Of a stretch of 64,000 nucleotides of DNA, positions 54,114 through 62,950 are shown in pieces. The position numbers and the translations under genes were made by a program. Under the pieces are notes generated by a model. That model had not been told where the DNA came from. It made no database searches and was given only the letters and a program-made list of their open reading frames with translations. The stretch is from an uncultured Thermoleophilia bacterium (lineage in GTDB: Bacteria > Actinomycetota > Thermoleophilia > UBA2241): positions 320,001 through 384,000 of the forward strand of contig CAVPCT010000003.1 in NCBI GenBank assembly GCA_963702475.1. Reading direction: 5' to 3'. The first letter of the stretch is position 1; each line of letters begins with the position of its first letter.

Positions 54114-55145
54114 GTGACTGCTGACAAGGTCCGCGTCGGCGTGGTCGGGCTCGGCTACTGGGGCCCCAACCTGGCGCGCAACTTCGACCGTCTGCCCGGC
54201 GCCGATCTGGCGTACTGCTGCGACTTGGACGAGGCCAACCTCGTCAAGGCGCGCAGCCTCTACCCCGAGACCGTGGTCACCGACGACCTCGACCTGCTGC
54301 TCACCGACGACACGCTTGACGCGGTGGTCGTCGCCACCTCCGTGCCCACGCACTACGCGCTCGGCAAGCGCGTGCTGGACGCGGGCAAGCACGCGTTCAT
54401 CGAGAAGCCCATCGCGCTCAAGGCCGTGGACGCGCAGGACCTGCTCGACAGGGCCGAGGCCAACGGCGTCAAGCTCATGGTCGGTCACCTGCTCGAGTAC
54501 CACCCGGCCGTGAACAAGATGAAGGAGCTCGTCGACTCCGGCGAGCTCGGCCGCGTGTTCTACGCCTACGCCAACCGCCTCAACCTGGGCAAGGTGCGCA
54601 CTGACGAGAACGCGCTGTGGAGCCTCGGCCCGCACGACGTCAGCGTGCTCAACTACCTCACCGGCGACGAGCCCGAGGAGGTCAGCGCCCGCGGCGAGTG
54701 CTACCTGCAGGACCAGGTCGAGGACGTGGTGTTCGGGTACATCCGCTACGCGAGCGGGATGGTGGGGCACCTGCACGTGAGCTGGCTCGATCCGCACAAG
54801 AGCCGCAAGATCACCGTGGTCGGCGAGAAGAAGATGGTGGTGTTCGACGACATGGAGTCGGAGCGTAAGCTCACTATCTACGACAAGGGCGCGACCACCA
54901 CGCGCACCAAGTTCGAGACCTACGGCGAGTTCGTCACCCTGCACTTCGGTGACATCCACATCCCCAAGATCGGCAACGACGAGCCGCTGCGCATCGAGTG
55001 CCAGCACTTCATCGATTGCATCGTGGACGACGCGACGCCGCGCAGCGACGGCTACGACGCGCTCAAGGTGGTCAAGGTGCTGGACGCCATGGAACGGAGC
55101 CTGCGCGAGGGCGGCCGCCCGGTGAAGACGGCCGAGCTGTCATGA
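54114..55145 (+). CDS. Gfo/Idh/MocA oxidoreductase (WbpB-like)
   Basis: GLGYWG, EKP, MVGH, PHD and SWLDP. Confidence 0.88.
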   Translation: MTADKVRVGVVGLGYWGPNLARNFDRLPGADLAYCCDLDEANLVKARSLYPETVVTDDLDLLLTDDTLDAVVVATSVPTHYALGKRVLDAGKHAFIEKPIALKAVDAQDLLDRAEANGVKLMVGHLLEYHPAVNKMKELVDSGELGRVFYAYANRLNLGKVRTDENALWSLGPHDVSVLNYLTGDEPEEVSARGECYLQDQVEDVVFGYIRYASGMVGHLHVSWLDPHKSRKITVVGEKKMVVFDDMESERKLTIYDKGATTTRTKFETYGEFVTLHFGDIHIPKIGNDEPLRIECQHFIDCIVDDATPRSDGYDALKVVKVLDAMERSLREGGRPVKTAELS

Positions 55146-55861
55146 TGCTCTCGGGGGGTGTCTCCGAGCGCGCTCACAACCTGCTGCTCGGCGAGAACGT
55201 GCGCATCGGCGAGGGCGTCGTGTTCGGCGCCAACGTCGTGGTGTACGACGACACCGTCATCGGCGACGGCTGCTTCATCCAGGACGGCGCCGTGCTGGGC
55301 AAGGTGCCGTCCCTCTCGCCGACCAGCACCGCCAAGCGCGGGGAGCTCGCTCCGCTGGTGCTCGGCGCCGGCTGCGTGGTCAGCACCGGCGCGGTGGCCT
55401 ACCGCGGTACCACGCTCGGCGCCGGCTGCATCCTCGGCGACTACGCCGGCGTGCGCGAGCGCTGCACGCTTGGCGAGCGTGTCGTCGTCGGCCGCGGTAG
55501 CGTCGTCGAGAACGACACCACCATCGGCGACGGTACCAAGATCCAGACCAACGTGTACATCACCGCCTACATGACGATCGAGGACCGCTGCTTCATCGCC
55601 CCGTGCGTGCAGACCACCAACGACAACTTCATGGGGCGCACCGAGAAGCGGCATGCGCTCATCAAGGGCGCGACCATCCGCCGCGGCGCCCGCGTCGGCG
55701 GCGGCGTGGTGCTCTGCCCCGGCATCGAGATCGGCGAAGAGGCGTTCATCGCCGCCGGCGCCGTGGTCACGAAGGACGCGCCGGCCCGCAAGGTGCTCAT
55801 GGGCGTGCCGGCGCGCGTCGTGCGCGACGTGTACGAGGACGAGTTGCTCGAGAACCAGTAG
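55142..55861 (+). CDS. Hexapeptide-repeat N-acetyltransferase (WbpD-like)
   Basis: Left-handed beta-helix repeats; TKIQ, FIAP..TND, AGAVVTKD and GVPAR. Confidence 0.88.
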   Translation: MMLSGGVSERAHNLLLGENVRIGEGVVFGANVVVYDDTVIGDGCFIQDGAVLGKVPSLSPTSTAKRGELAPLVLGAGCVVSTGAVAYRGTTLGAGCILGDYAGVRERCTLGERVVVGRGSVVENDTTIGDGTKIQTNVYITAYMTIEDRCFIAPCVQTTNDNFMGRTEKRHALIKGATIRRGARVGGGVVLCPGIEIGEEAFIAAGAVVTKDAPARKVLMGVPARVVRDVYEDELLENQ

Positions 55862-55873
55862 TCTCGCCGCCCT

Positions 55874-57178
55874 TCAGGGCTCTGCAAGCGAGGACAGGTG
55901 CGTGGCGAGGCTTGGCCCGCCCTTGGGCAGTCCCAGCTTGCGGCGGATGCCCGCGCGGTGGAACGACACCGCGGAGCGTGAGACGTGCAGCGCCTCGGCG
56001 ATCTCGGCGCTCGTCTTGCCGAGGCGCACCAGGTTGGCCACCTCGCGCTCGCGGCGCGTGAGCGGCTCGCCGCCGCTGCCCGGTAAGCTCAGGTGCTGCC
56101 CGAACGGCCCGACGATCTCGCGCAGGTTCACACGAAGTGCCTCGAGCTCGAGACGCTCGGGCCGGTGCCGCAGCGCCCGGCCGAGGCGCTCGATGGTCGG
56201 CTCGAGCAGCTGCTCCACGTTGTGCACGACACGCTGCTCGAGCTCGCGGTTGTCCTGCTCGCGCTGCTCCAGAAGCACGCGCAAGGCCGTGTTGCGCTCG
56301 TCGAGGATGGTCGCCTGACGGCGGAGCGCCCGCTCGGAACGGGCCAGGTCGTCCTGCATCGCCTTCTGCTCCGTGATGTCCGTGCCGAGCAGGAAGTGCG
56401 CCCTGCGGCCCTCGATGTGGCAGGGGATCACGGTGAGCAGCAGGCTCTTCTTCTCGCCGTGTACGTCAGACTCCACCTCGAGCTCGGTCGTGACCTCGGG
56501 ATCCTCCCGGTAGCCCGTGACGAGGTCGACGACCTCGGGCGGAAAGTCATCGCGCACCGAGCAGCGGAGCATCTCCTCGCGCGAGCGGCGGAAGAACGAG
56601 AGTGCATAGGCGTCGGCGTCCACGTAGGCGCCCGACCCGTCGACCTGCAGGGCCGGGCTCGGTAGCCGGAAGAGCACGCTGCGCAGCTCCTCGACCTCGC
56701 GGGCCATGTCCCGGGCGCGCAGCTCGTGCGTGACGTCTCGCATGGCGCCGATCATGTTGGTCGGACGGCCGCCGCGGCCCGTGAGGAGCACGGCCTGGTC
56801 GCTGAAGACGAGCCAGCGGCCGTCCCTGTGCTGCATGCGGTACTCGGCGTGGAACGGCCTGCCGCCCTCAATGCTGCCGGCCAGCCCATCCATGACAGCC
56901 TCTCGGTCGTCGGAGTGGACGCATTCGAGCCAGCCGTCCAGGGCCCGCGGAAAGGCGCCGGGGTCGAGGCCGAGGAGCTCGTCGATCTGCTCCGAGAACG
57001 AGATCGCACCTGTCTCGAGATCCCAGTCGTAGAGGACGTCGAACGTGACCTGCAGGAAGGCCTGGAGGCGAGGGTCCTTCGCGGTGATGGGAGGGCGCGA
57101 TCGTTGCCCGTCCACAGCTGGGCGGTCTCGGGCACGGAGGATCCGGCGGAGCGCAGGAGGCACGTGGATACTAGGCAT
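55874..57178 (-). CDS. PAS-PAS-LuxR HTH transcriptional regulator
   Basis: DWDLETG...VHSDD...EYRM..DGRW PAS domain; second PAS; LTRREREVA...HRAGIRRKLG. Confidence 0.88.
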   Translation of the reverse strand: MPSIHVPPALRRILRARDRPAVDGQRSRPPITAKDPRLQAFLQVTFDVLYDWDLETGAISFSEQIDELLGLDPGAFPRALDGWLECVHSDDREAVMDGLAGSIEGGRPFHAEYRMQHRDGRWLVFSDQAVLLTGRGGRPTNMIGAMRDVTHELRARDMAREVEELRSVLFRLPSPALQVDGSGAYVDADAYALSFFRRSREEMLRCSVRDDFPPEVVDLVTGYREDPEVTTELEVESDVHGEKKSLLLTVIPCHIEGRRAHFLLGTDITEQKAMQDDLARSERALRRQATILDERNTALRVLLEQREQDNRELEQRVVHNVEQLLEPTIERLGRALRHRPERLELEALRVNLREIVGPFGQHLSLPGSGGEPLTRREREVANLVRLGKTSAEIAEALHVSRSAVSFHRAGIRRKLGLPKGGPSLATHLSSLAEP

Positions 57179-57194
57179 AACCTGGTAGTCACCT

Positions 57195-57237
57195 CGTAGT
57201 TTACTGGTCTTGCTCCCGGCGATTCTGGCGATAGATT
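57195..57237 (+). promoter_or_regulatory. Degenerate copy of the shared promoter element, upstream of the cupin
   Basis: CGTAGTTTACTGGTCTTGCTC-N16-TAGATT; same CGTAG-to-(-10) distance as the four strict copies. Confidence 0.45.
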
Positions 57238-57339
57238 GCGAGCAAGTCAACGCAGCGACATCGCTCCTTCCCGGGCATTTGTCCCGACTCCGGCACCAGA
57301 GCGGCAGGACACCGTACAACGGCGCGATGGGAGGCAGAC

Positions 57340-57686
57340 ATGGAGCTACACCACGTATCCGCGGCGGAGATCGCGACAGAGCCCCTGGACGTGGGGCCCG
57401 ACAGCAAGCTGCAGCTGGTGGACATCTTCGACCGTACCCAGGGGGCTCCGTTCTGCGCCGGGGTCTGCGAGGTGTTCCTGGCGCCCCCGTGGACTTCGAC
57501 TACGACGACGATGCCGCAGCGTGCTACATGCTGGAGGGCGACATCCTCCTCAGCGAGAACGGGGAGACGCGGGCGTTCAAGCCCGGGGACGTGGTCTACA
57601 TCCCCCAGAAGAAGGGCCTGGTCGTGTACTGGAGCACTGAGTCCTACGGCCGCTTCTTCTACGTCACGTATCCGCACTGGCGATGA
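57340..57686 (+). CDS. EutQ-like cupin, one frameshift near 57485
   Basis: APFCAG, then FDYDDD...YMLEG...PGDVVYIP...FFYVTYPHW; GGAGG RBS. Confidence 0.8.
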
Positions 57687-57773
57687 GGCGGGCGCCCGTC
57701 GTCGCGCGCGGAAGGCGGTCGCCGGTGACAGCTCGCGCGCAGTCCGTTCAGCCATCACTCACGGGGGGTAGCC

Positions 57774-59450
57774 GTGGCAACGGAACCTGAGCATCACGCC
57801 ACCACATGTTCCACGACGAGATGGACGCGCAGCACAAGCGCGACACCGAGCAGTTGGCCAAGTTCGGCTACACCCAGGAGCTCAAGCGCTCGCTCGGCTT
57901 CTTCTCCACCTTCGCCATCGCCTTCAGCTTCATCTCGGCGACCAACGGCTTCTACGCGCTCTTCTACTTCGGCCTGGACGTCGGCGGCCCGGCCGGCCTG
58001 ATCTGGCAGTGGCCGATGATCGTGTTCGGCCAGTTCATGGTCGCTCTGGTGTTCGCCGAGGCCGCCTCGCATTACCCGCTGGCCGGCGGTGTGTACCAGT
58101 GGGCCAAGCGGTTCATGGGCGGGAGCTATGGCTGGTTCGTGGCCTGGCTGTTCGCGGCGGCGCTTCTGGTGACGGTCGCGGCGGTCGCCTTCGGAGTGGC
58201 GCCGATCGTCTGCTCGCTCATGGGCTGGGATGCAAGCAACGCCACCACGCTGCTCTGGATCGCCATCGCCTTCGCCCTTGGCCCGATGATCCTGAACATC
58301 CTGAGCGTCAAGGTGACGGCCTTCTTCAACAACATCGGGACCGTCACCGAGATCATCGGGCTGGTGGTCATCGCCATCGCGTTGTACGCCGCCGTCATCT
58401 TCGGCAAGGGCGACCATCAGACCCTGGGCGTACTCTTCGATACCACGCCGGCGCCGGCCCCGGAGCCCTGTTCGGGTACGGCAGCATCTTCCTTGCGAGC
58501 ATGCTCACGGGCGCGTGGGTGCTGTACGGGTTCGACTCGGCGGGCGGTCTCGCCGAGGAGACCGTCAACCCGACACGTGAGGTGCCGCGGGCCATGCTGT
58601 TCGCGATCGGCATCACCGCCGTGCTCAGCGCGTTCTGGCTGGTTTCTATGGTCCTGGCCATCCCGGACGTCGCCGAGACGCAGGCGCAGGGGACGGGCGC
58701 GATCGCGTACATCTTCGATGCGCACTTCCCGACCTGGGTCACGGACCTCTTTCTCGTGGCGGTGATTGTGGCGATCTTCGTGTGCTGCCTGGCGATCCAA
58801 GCTGCTACGACGCGCCTGCTGTTCGCCTACGGTCGTGACAAGATGATCCCCGCCTCCAGGTTCTTCGCCTACGTGCATCCCAGCACGCGCACGCCGATGA
58901 CCTCTGCCATCTTCGTGGCCGTGGCCGCAGTCGTGGTGCTGCTCTACGTGAACCTCGGCGGCAGCGACCCCTTCCTCGCCATCGCCCGCGTCACCGCGTG
59001 GGCCACCGCAGGCACCTACATCGCCTACCAGATGGTCGTCTTCGGCGGCCTCGTGGCGAGATCAAGGGCTGGCCCAAGGAGAAGGCGTACTTCAACCTCA
59101 AGGGTTGGGGCTGGCCGGTCAACATCCTCGCGCTCATCTACGGCGTCTTCATGATCATCAATCTGGCGTGGCCGCGGACGCCCGACGCTGCCTGGTACGA
59201 CAACTACCTGGTCGTCGTCTCGCTGGCCGTCGTGCTCATCGCCGGCATCATCGTGTACGTCATCCAGCGGGCGCGTGGCGTCGACCTGAGCGTGACCATC
59301 CACGAGATCGACGAGTCGCCGGCCGAAGCCGTCGCGGTCGAGGCGATGGCGGCAGGTGAAGCCGGCCGCATGCTGAACACCGATGTGGTCACAGAGATGC
59401 AGCAGATGTCCGCAGACGACGATCCTGGGAAGGGAGGGATCACTTCGTAG
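57774..59450 (+). CDS. APC family amino acid/amine permease, about 3 frameshifts
   Basis: FGYTQELKRSL..FSTFAIAFSFIS, YPLAGGVYQW, YGFDSAGGLAEET and NLAWPR. Confidence 0.88.
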
Positions 59451-59661
59451 CGGTCGTGTGAGCGGGTCGGGGCGAGCGGCCGTCGGGCCGCCTCGCCGGC
59501 GTTCCGGCCCACGACAACGCCGCCTCAGGGCGGCGGGACGGAGGTGCGGCGGGCGGCGGCCGGATGGCCGCCGCCCCCGCGTCGGGGCCGGGCGGCATGA
59601 GTGCGCAGCTCACGCCGCCCGGCCCCGGGCACCTCCGCGGACACCGCCTCCGCCTTGCGTT

Positions 59662-59847
59662 TACGACGACGACGCTGCCGTCTGCTACATGCTCGAAGGC
59701 GACATCAGCCTCACCGAGGACGGTGAGTCGCGGTCCTTCCAGCCTGGGGACATCGTGTACATCCCTCAGCAGAAGGGGCTGGTCGTCTACTGGAGCACGC
59801 AGACGTACGGCAGGTTCTTCTACGTCACGTATCCTCACTGGCGCTGA
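59662..59847 (+). pseudogene. 5'-truncated second copy of the EutQ-like cupin
   Basis: 50/61 aa identical to 57501..57686; no homologous N-terminal half upstream. Confidence 0.7.
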
Positions 59848-60070
59848 CGCGGTCCGGCGCGTGAGGCCGAGGGCGGGCGGGGGAGCGGTGTACGCTCCCC
59901 CGTCCGCCCCGCGTATTCCGCGATTCCCCAACGCGCTGTCTGGCGCGTCCCGCCGTCGCCACCGCTCCATCGTCCCATCGTCGGTCGCACTCCACTGAGC
60001 ACTCCCGCGTTCCTTGCGTTAGAGTGCGTGTACACTCGAAACGCGGTCACGAGAGGCGGGTGGAGACGGG

Positions 60071-60862
60071 ATGGATGAGCAGCGGGTGGAGCGCGACGAC
60101 CGGCTCCGGGAAGGCGTCGGGCAGGATGGTCCCCTGACGGACGAATCCCAAGGCACTTCGGAGGCGCACGACGGAGCGGATGTCAAGGCCCCGCCGCGCA
60201 TGACGATGCGGTTCTCGCGCAAGCGCGTGCTCGTGCTCGGCGGCGCTTGTGCGGCCGGACTCGTCGGCGTGGTCGCGGGGCTGAGAGCCCTGGGCGGCTC
60301 GGCCGGCTCGGCGGTCTCCTCCGTCGGCGAAGCGGTGAAGGACAGGTTCGGTCCGTTCCCGGTGCGCAGCGTGGACGAGATCGACGAGACGCCCATCTCG
60401 AGGTGGACGGTGCAGGTCGACGGGCTGGTGGACACGCCGCTCACCGTCGACCACGCGCTGTGGACCACGCTGCCGCGACTGGACGAGACGGTCGACTTCC
60501 ACTGCGTCGAGGGCTGGAGCGTGGCGAACGTGAAGTGGGGCGGCGTGGCGCCCAGCGTCCTGCTGGACAGGGCCGGCGTACACCCCGAGGCCAAGTACGT
60601 GATCGTGCACGCGGAATCCGGTGTGTACGTGAGCACGCTCCCGCTCGAGCTCATGCGGGACCCGCAGACCGTGCTCGCCGATATGCTCGCCGAGGAGCCC
60701 CTCCCGCTCAAGCACGGCGGCCCCCTGCGGCTCGTGGTGCCCAAGCAGCTCGGCTACAAGAACGTGAAGTGGGTCTCCCGCCTCGAGGTCACGGACAAGC
60801 CGCAGGCCGGCTACTGGGAGAGCCGCGGCTATCCTGAGGACGCTCCGGCAGGAGCCGGTTGA
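60071..60862 (+). CDS. Molybdopterin-dependent oxidoreductase (MsrP/YedY, sulfite oxidase family)
   Basis: DFHCVEGWS, HGGPLRLVVP..GYKNVKW and GYWE; possible Tat-like leader SRKRVL. Confidence 0.9.
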   Translation: MDEQRVERDDRLREGVGQDGPLTDESQGTSEAHDGADVKAPPRMTMRFSRKRVLVLGGACAAGLVGVVAGLRALGGSAGSAVSSVGEAVKDRFGPFPVRSVDEIDETPISRWTVQVDGLVDTPLTVDHALWTTLPRLDETVDFHCVEGWSVANVKWGGVAPSVLLDRAGVHPEAKYVIVHAESGVYVSTLPLELMRDPQTVLADMLAEEPLPLKHGGPLRLVVPKQLGYKNVKWVSRLEVTDKPQAGYWESRGYPEDAPAGAG

Positions 60863-61030
60863 AGAGGTCAGATGCGCCCCAACCTGCCCAAGCTGTAGCG
60901 CTCGGGTGGAGCTCCGGGCGAGGCGCCGTGCCGGGGAGATAGCCATGCGTCGTGGGCTGCATCCCGGGTCTCGCGAAGAGCCGTGGCGGGGTACACTGTG
61001 CGGCGAGTCCACGAGCGTGGGGAGGCCCTG

Positions 61031-61195
61031 ATGAAGTACGTCTGCACCGTCTGTGACTACGTCTACGACCCTGAAGTGGGCGACCCGGACAACGGCATCG
61101 AGCCGGGTACCGCGTTCGAAGACCTGCCGGACGACTGGGTGTGCCCCGAGTGCGGCGTGGAGAAGGAAGAGTTCGCGCCCTTCGTGGAGGATTGA
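61031..61195 (+). CDS. Rubredoxin
   Basis: [10 protein letters not shown]...[16 protein letters not shown]. Confidence 0.95.
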   Translation: MKYVCTVCDYVYDPEVGDPDNGIEPGTAFEDLPDDWVCPECGVEKEEFAPFVED

Positions 61196-61267
61196 CCGAC
61201 TGATCATCTTGGGTGGGGTCAACGCGCGGGGCGCCGGGCCGCAGGCGCCTCGCCGCCCCTCGCGCGT

Positions 61268-62500
61268 TCAGGGGGTCGCGGATGCGGCCGGCGACGCAGT
61301 CGCCCCGGCCGTGAGCTGCTCGAAGCCCTCGGCCAGCGACAGGAGCTCCTGGCGGGTGAGGGCGCCGGTGACGTAGACGGCCCGGCGTCCGTTGCCGACC
61401 AGCAGCGTCGGTCCGGTGGCCGCGTACCACGTGGCGGCGGTCCGCCCGGCGAAGACCCCGTACTCGAGCGGCGTCTGCTCGAACGACAGCGCCGTGGCGC
61501 GCGCGGTCTCCAGGGCGCTCTCGAAGGCGGCTGGAGACGTCGTCGGGCCGACCTGGCGGACCTCGAACCAGGTGAGGCCGCGCGTGAACAGCTGGACTAT
61601 CTGGCGCGCGGAGCCGGCTCCCGTACTCCCGCCTGTCTCGGAGCCCCACACCGCCGGCGCGTCGCCGGCCGCCGCCGTGGCGACCGCGGCCTGCACGAAG
61701 CCGTCGGGCGCGAGGCTGGAGACGAGCGGGTCGAAGCCGGCGGCCTCGCCGGCGGCCGCCGAGGACCGCTCGTAGGTGTAGGTGCGGTCCACCGTGACGG
61801 TGGCCGGAGCGGTGGTCCCCAGAGTCGAGGCGCCGGGCGAGGGCGTGCCGTCGAGAGTCGCCCAGTCGACGCCGGCGGCGAACGTGGAGGAACCGTCGGT
61901 CCACCAGGTCACGAGTCCGGACGACTGGTCCACGACCAGCTCCTGGGTCGCGCCGTCGAGCTTCAGCGCGGCACGCCACACCTCGCGCCCATCCTGTTCG
62001 AGCGGTTTGATGCCGACGCTCGTGTCGCCGTCCTCGACTGCCGCTCTGACGATGGCGGACAGGCCCTGGAGCTCGAGTGGCGAGTGAGTACTCAGGCGCC
62101 AGACGGGGGGCCAGGCGCCGACGGTGACGGCGCCGCCGCGCTCCGCCCCGTCCACGGTGGTCCATTCGCTGCGTCTTCCGGCGTCGTAGGAGGATGAGAC
62201 CAGAGCGGTGCTCTCGTCGTCCGGGCGGAACGCACCGGTCGCGTCCCCTCCGGCGGTCGCCGCGAACGCGCCCCCGCCGGCGCGCCCTGCTCCGTCAGCG
62301 GACGCGCTCTGCCACGTGTAGGTCCCGCTCGCACTGCGCAGGACGGGCGCCGGCGGCTGCGGCGGCGTCCGGATGATGAAGACGTAGGCCAGCACGAACA
62401 GCACTGAGAACGCCAGCAGCATGGTGGAGAGGCCGTGTGGGCGGGTGTGCGCCCGGGCCGCCCGGATGCGCTGGCTGGTACGGCGCGGTGGTTCGATCAT
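61268..62500 (-). CDS. Hypothetical membrane-anchored extracytoplasmic protein
   Basis: N-terminal TM helix; LVVDQSSGLV (LolA-like) and VTGALTRQELL.LA tail. Confidence 0.65.
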   Translation of the reverse strand: MIEPPRRTSQRIRAARAHTRPHGLSTMLLAFSVLFVLAYVFIIRTPPQPPAPVLRSASGTYTWQSASADGAGRAGGGAFAATAGGDATGAFRPDDESTALVSSSYDAGRRSEWTTVDGAERGGAVTVGAWPPVWRLSTHSPLELQGLSAIVRAAVEDGDTSVGIKPLEQDGREVWRAALKLDGATQELVVDQSSGLVTWWTDGSSTFAAGVDWATLDGTPSPGASTLGTTAPATVTVDRTYTYERSSAAAGEAAGFDPLVSSLAPDGFVQAAVATAAAGDAPAVWGSETGGSTGAGSARQIVQLFTRGLTWFEVRQVGPTTSPAAFESALETARATALSFEQTPLEYGVFAGRTAATWYAATGPTLLVGNGRRAVYVTGALTRQELLSLAEGFEQLTAGATASPAASATP

Positions 62501-62536
62501 GGCGTGACGCGGGCGTGCGGACCGCTCGGCGGGCGC

Positions 62537-62677
62537 TCAGCGCCCGCTCTTCGACCCGCCGACGAAGAACAGCGGAAGGAAGAGGAACGTGAACCCGAAC
62601 TTGCGCGAGACGAAGAGCGTGAGGGCGGCGATGAGGAGCGCCGCGCCCAGCATGACGAGCGTGCGGTTCAGGTCCAT
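62537..62677 (-). CDS. Small (46 aa) membrane protein absent from the ORF track
   Basis: MDLNRTLVMLGAALLIAALTLFVSRKFGFTFLFLPLFFVGGSKSGR*; GC-rich third codon positions. Confidence 0.6.
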   Translation of the reverse strand: MDLNRTLVMLGAALLIAALTLFVSRKFGFTFLFLPLFFVGGSKSGR

Positions 62678-62950
62678 GGCGACAGCGTGACGGGCGCGGC
62701 GGCGCTACGCAAGCCGCGCCTCCGCGGGAGCGCTGTCGGCGACGTCGCGCCGGGCGCTGTGAGGTGCATGCTTCTTCCGCCCCGGCCCAGGCATCATCAC
62801 CCCGTCGGCATCCTCAGCGTTCGTTGCAGAATACAACCATCGCAGAGGCGTCTGACGTCGAGTCTGCTGGGTCTGCCGGTGGCGGCGCGACCGCGGCGTG
62901 TGATTACCTTGGGGTCAGTCTCAGTGGCACCCGCCCCGAGGAGGAAGGGC

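Noticed and set aside
59881-59932. Further copy of the regulon motif (TGTAC/CGTATTCCGCGA 23 bp apart)
   Set aside because: No TAnnnT at the expected spacing; it overlaps a GGGAGCG/CGCTCCC hairpin that is better explained as a terminator
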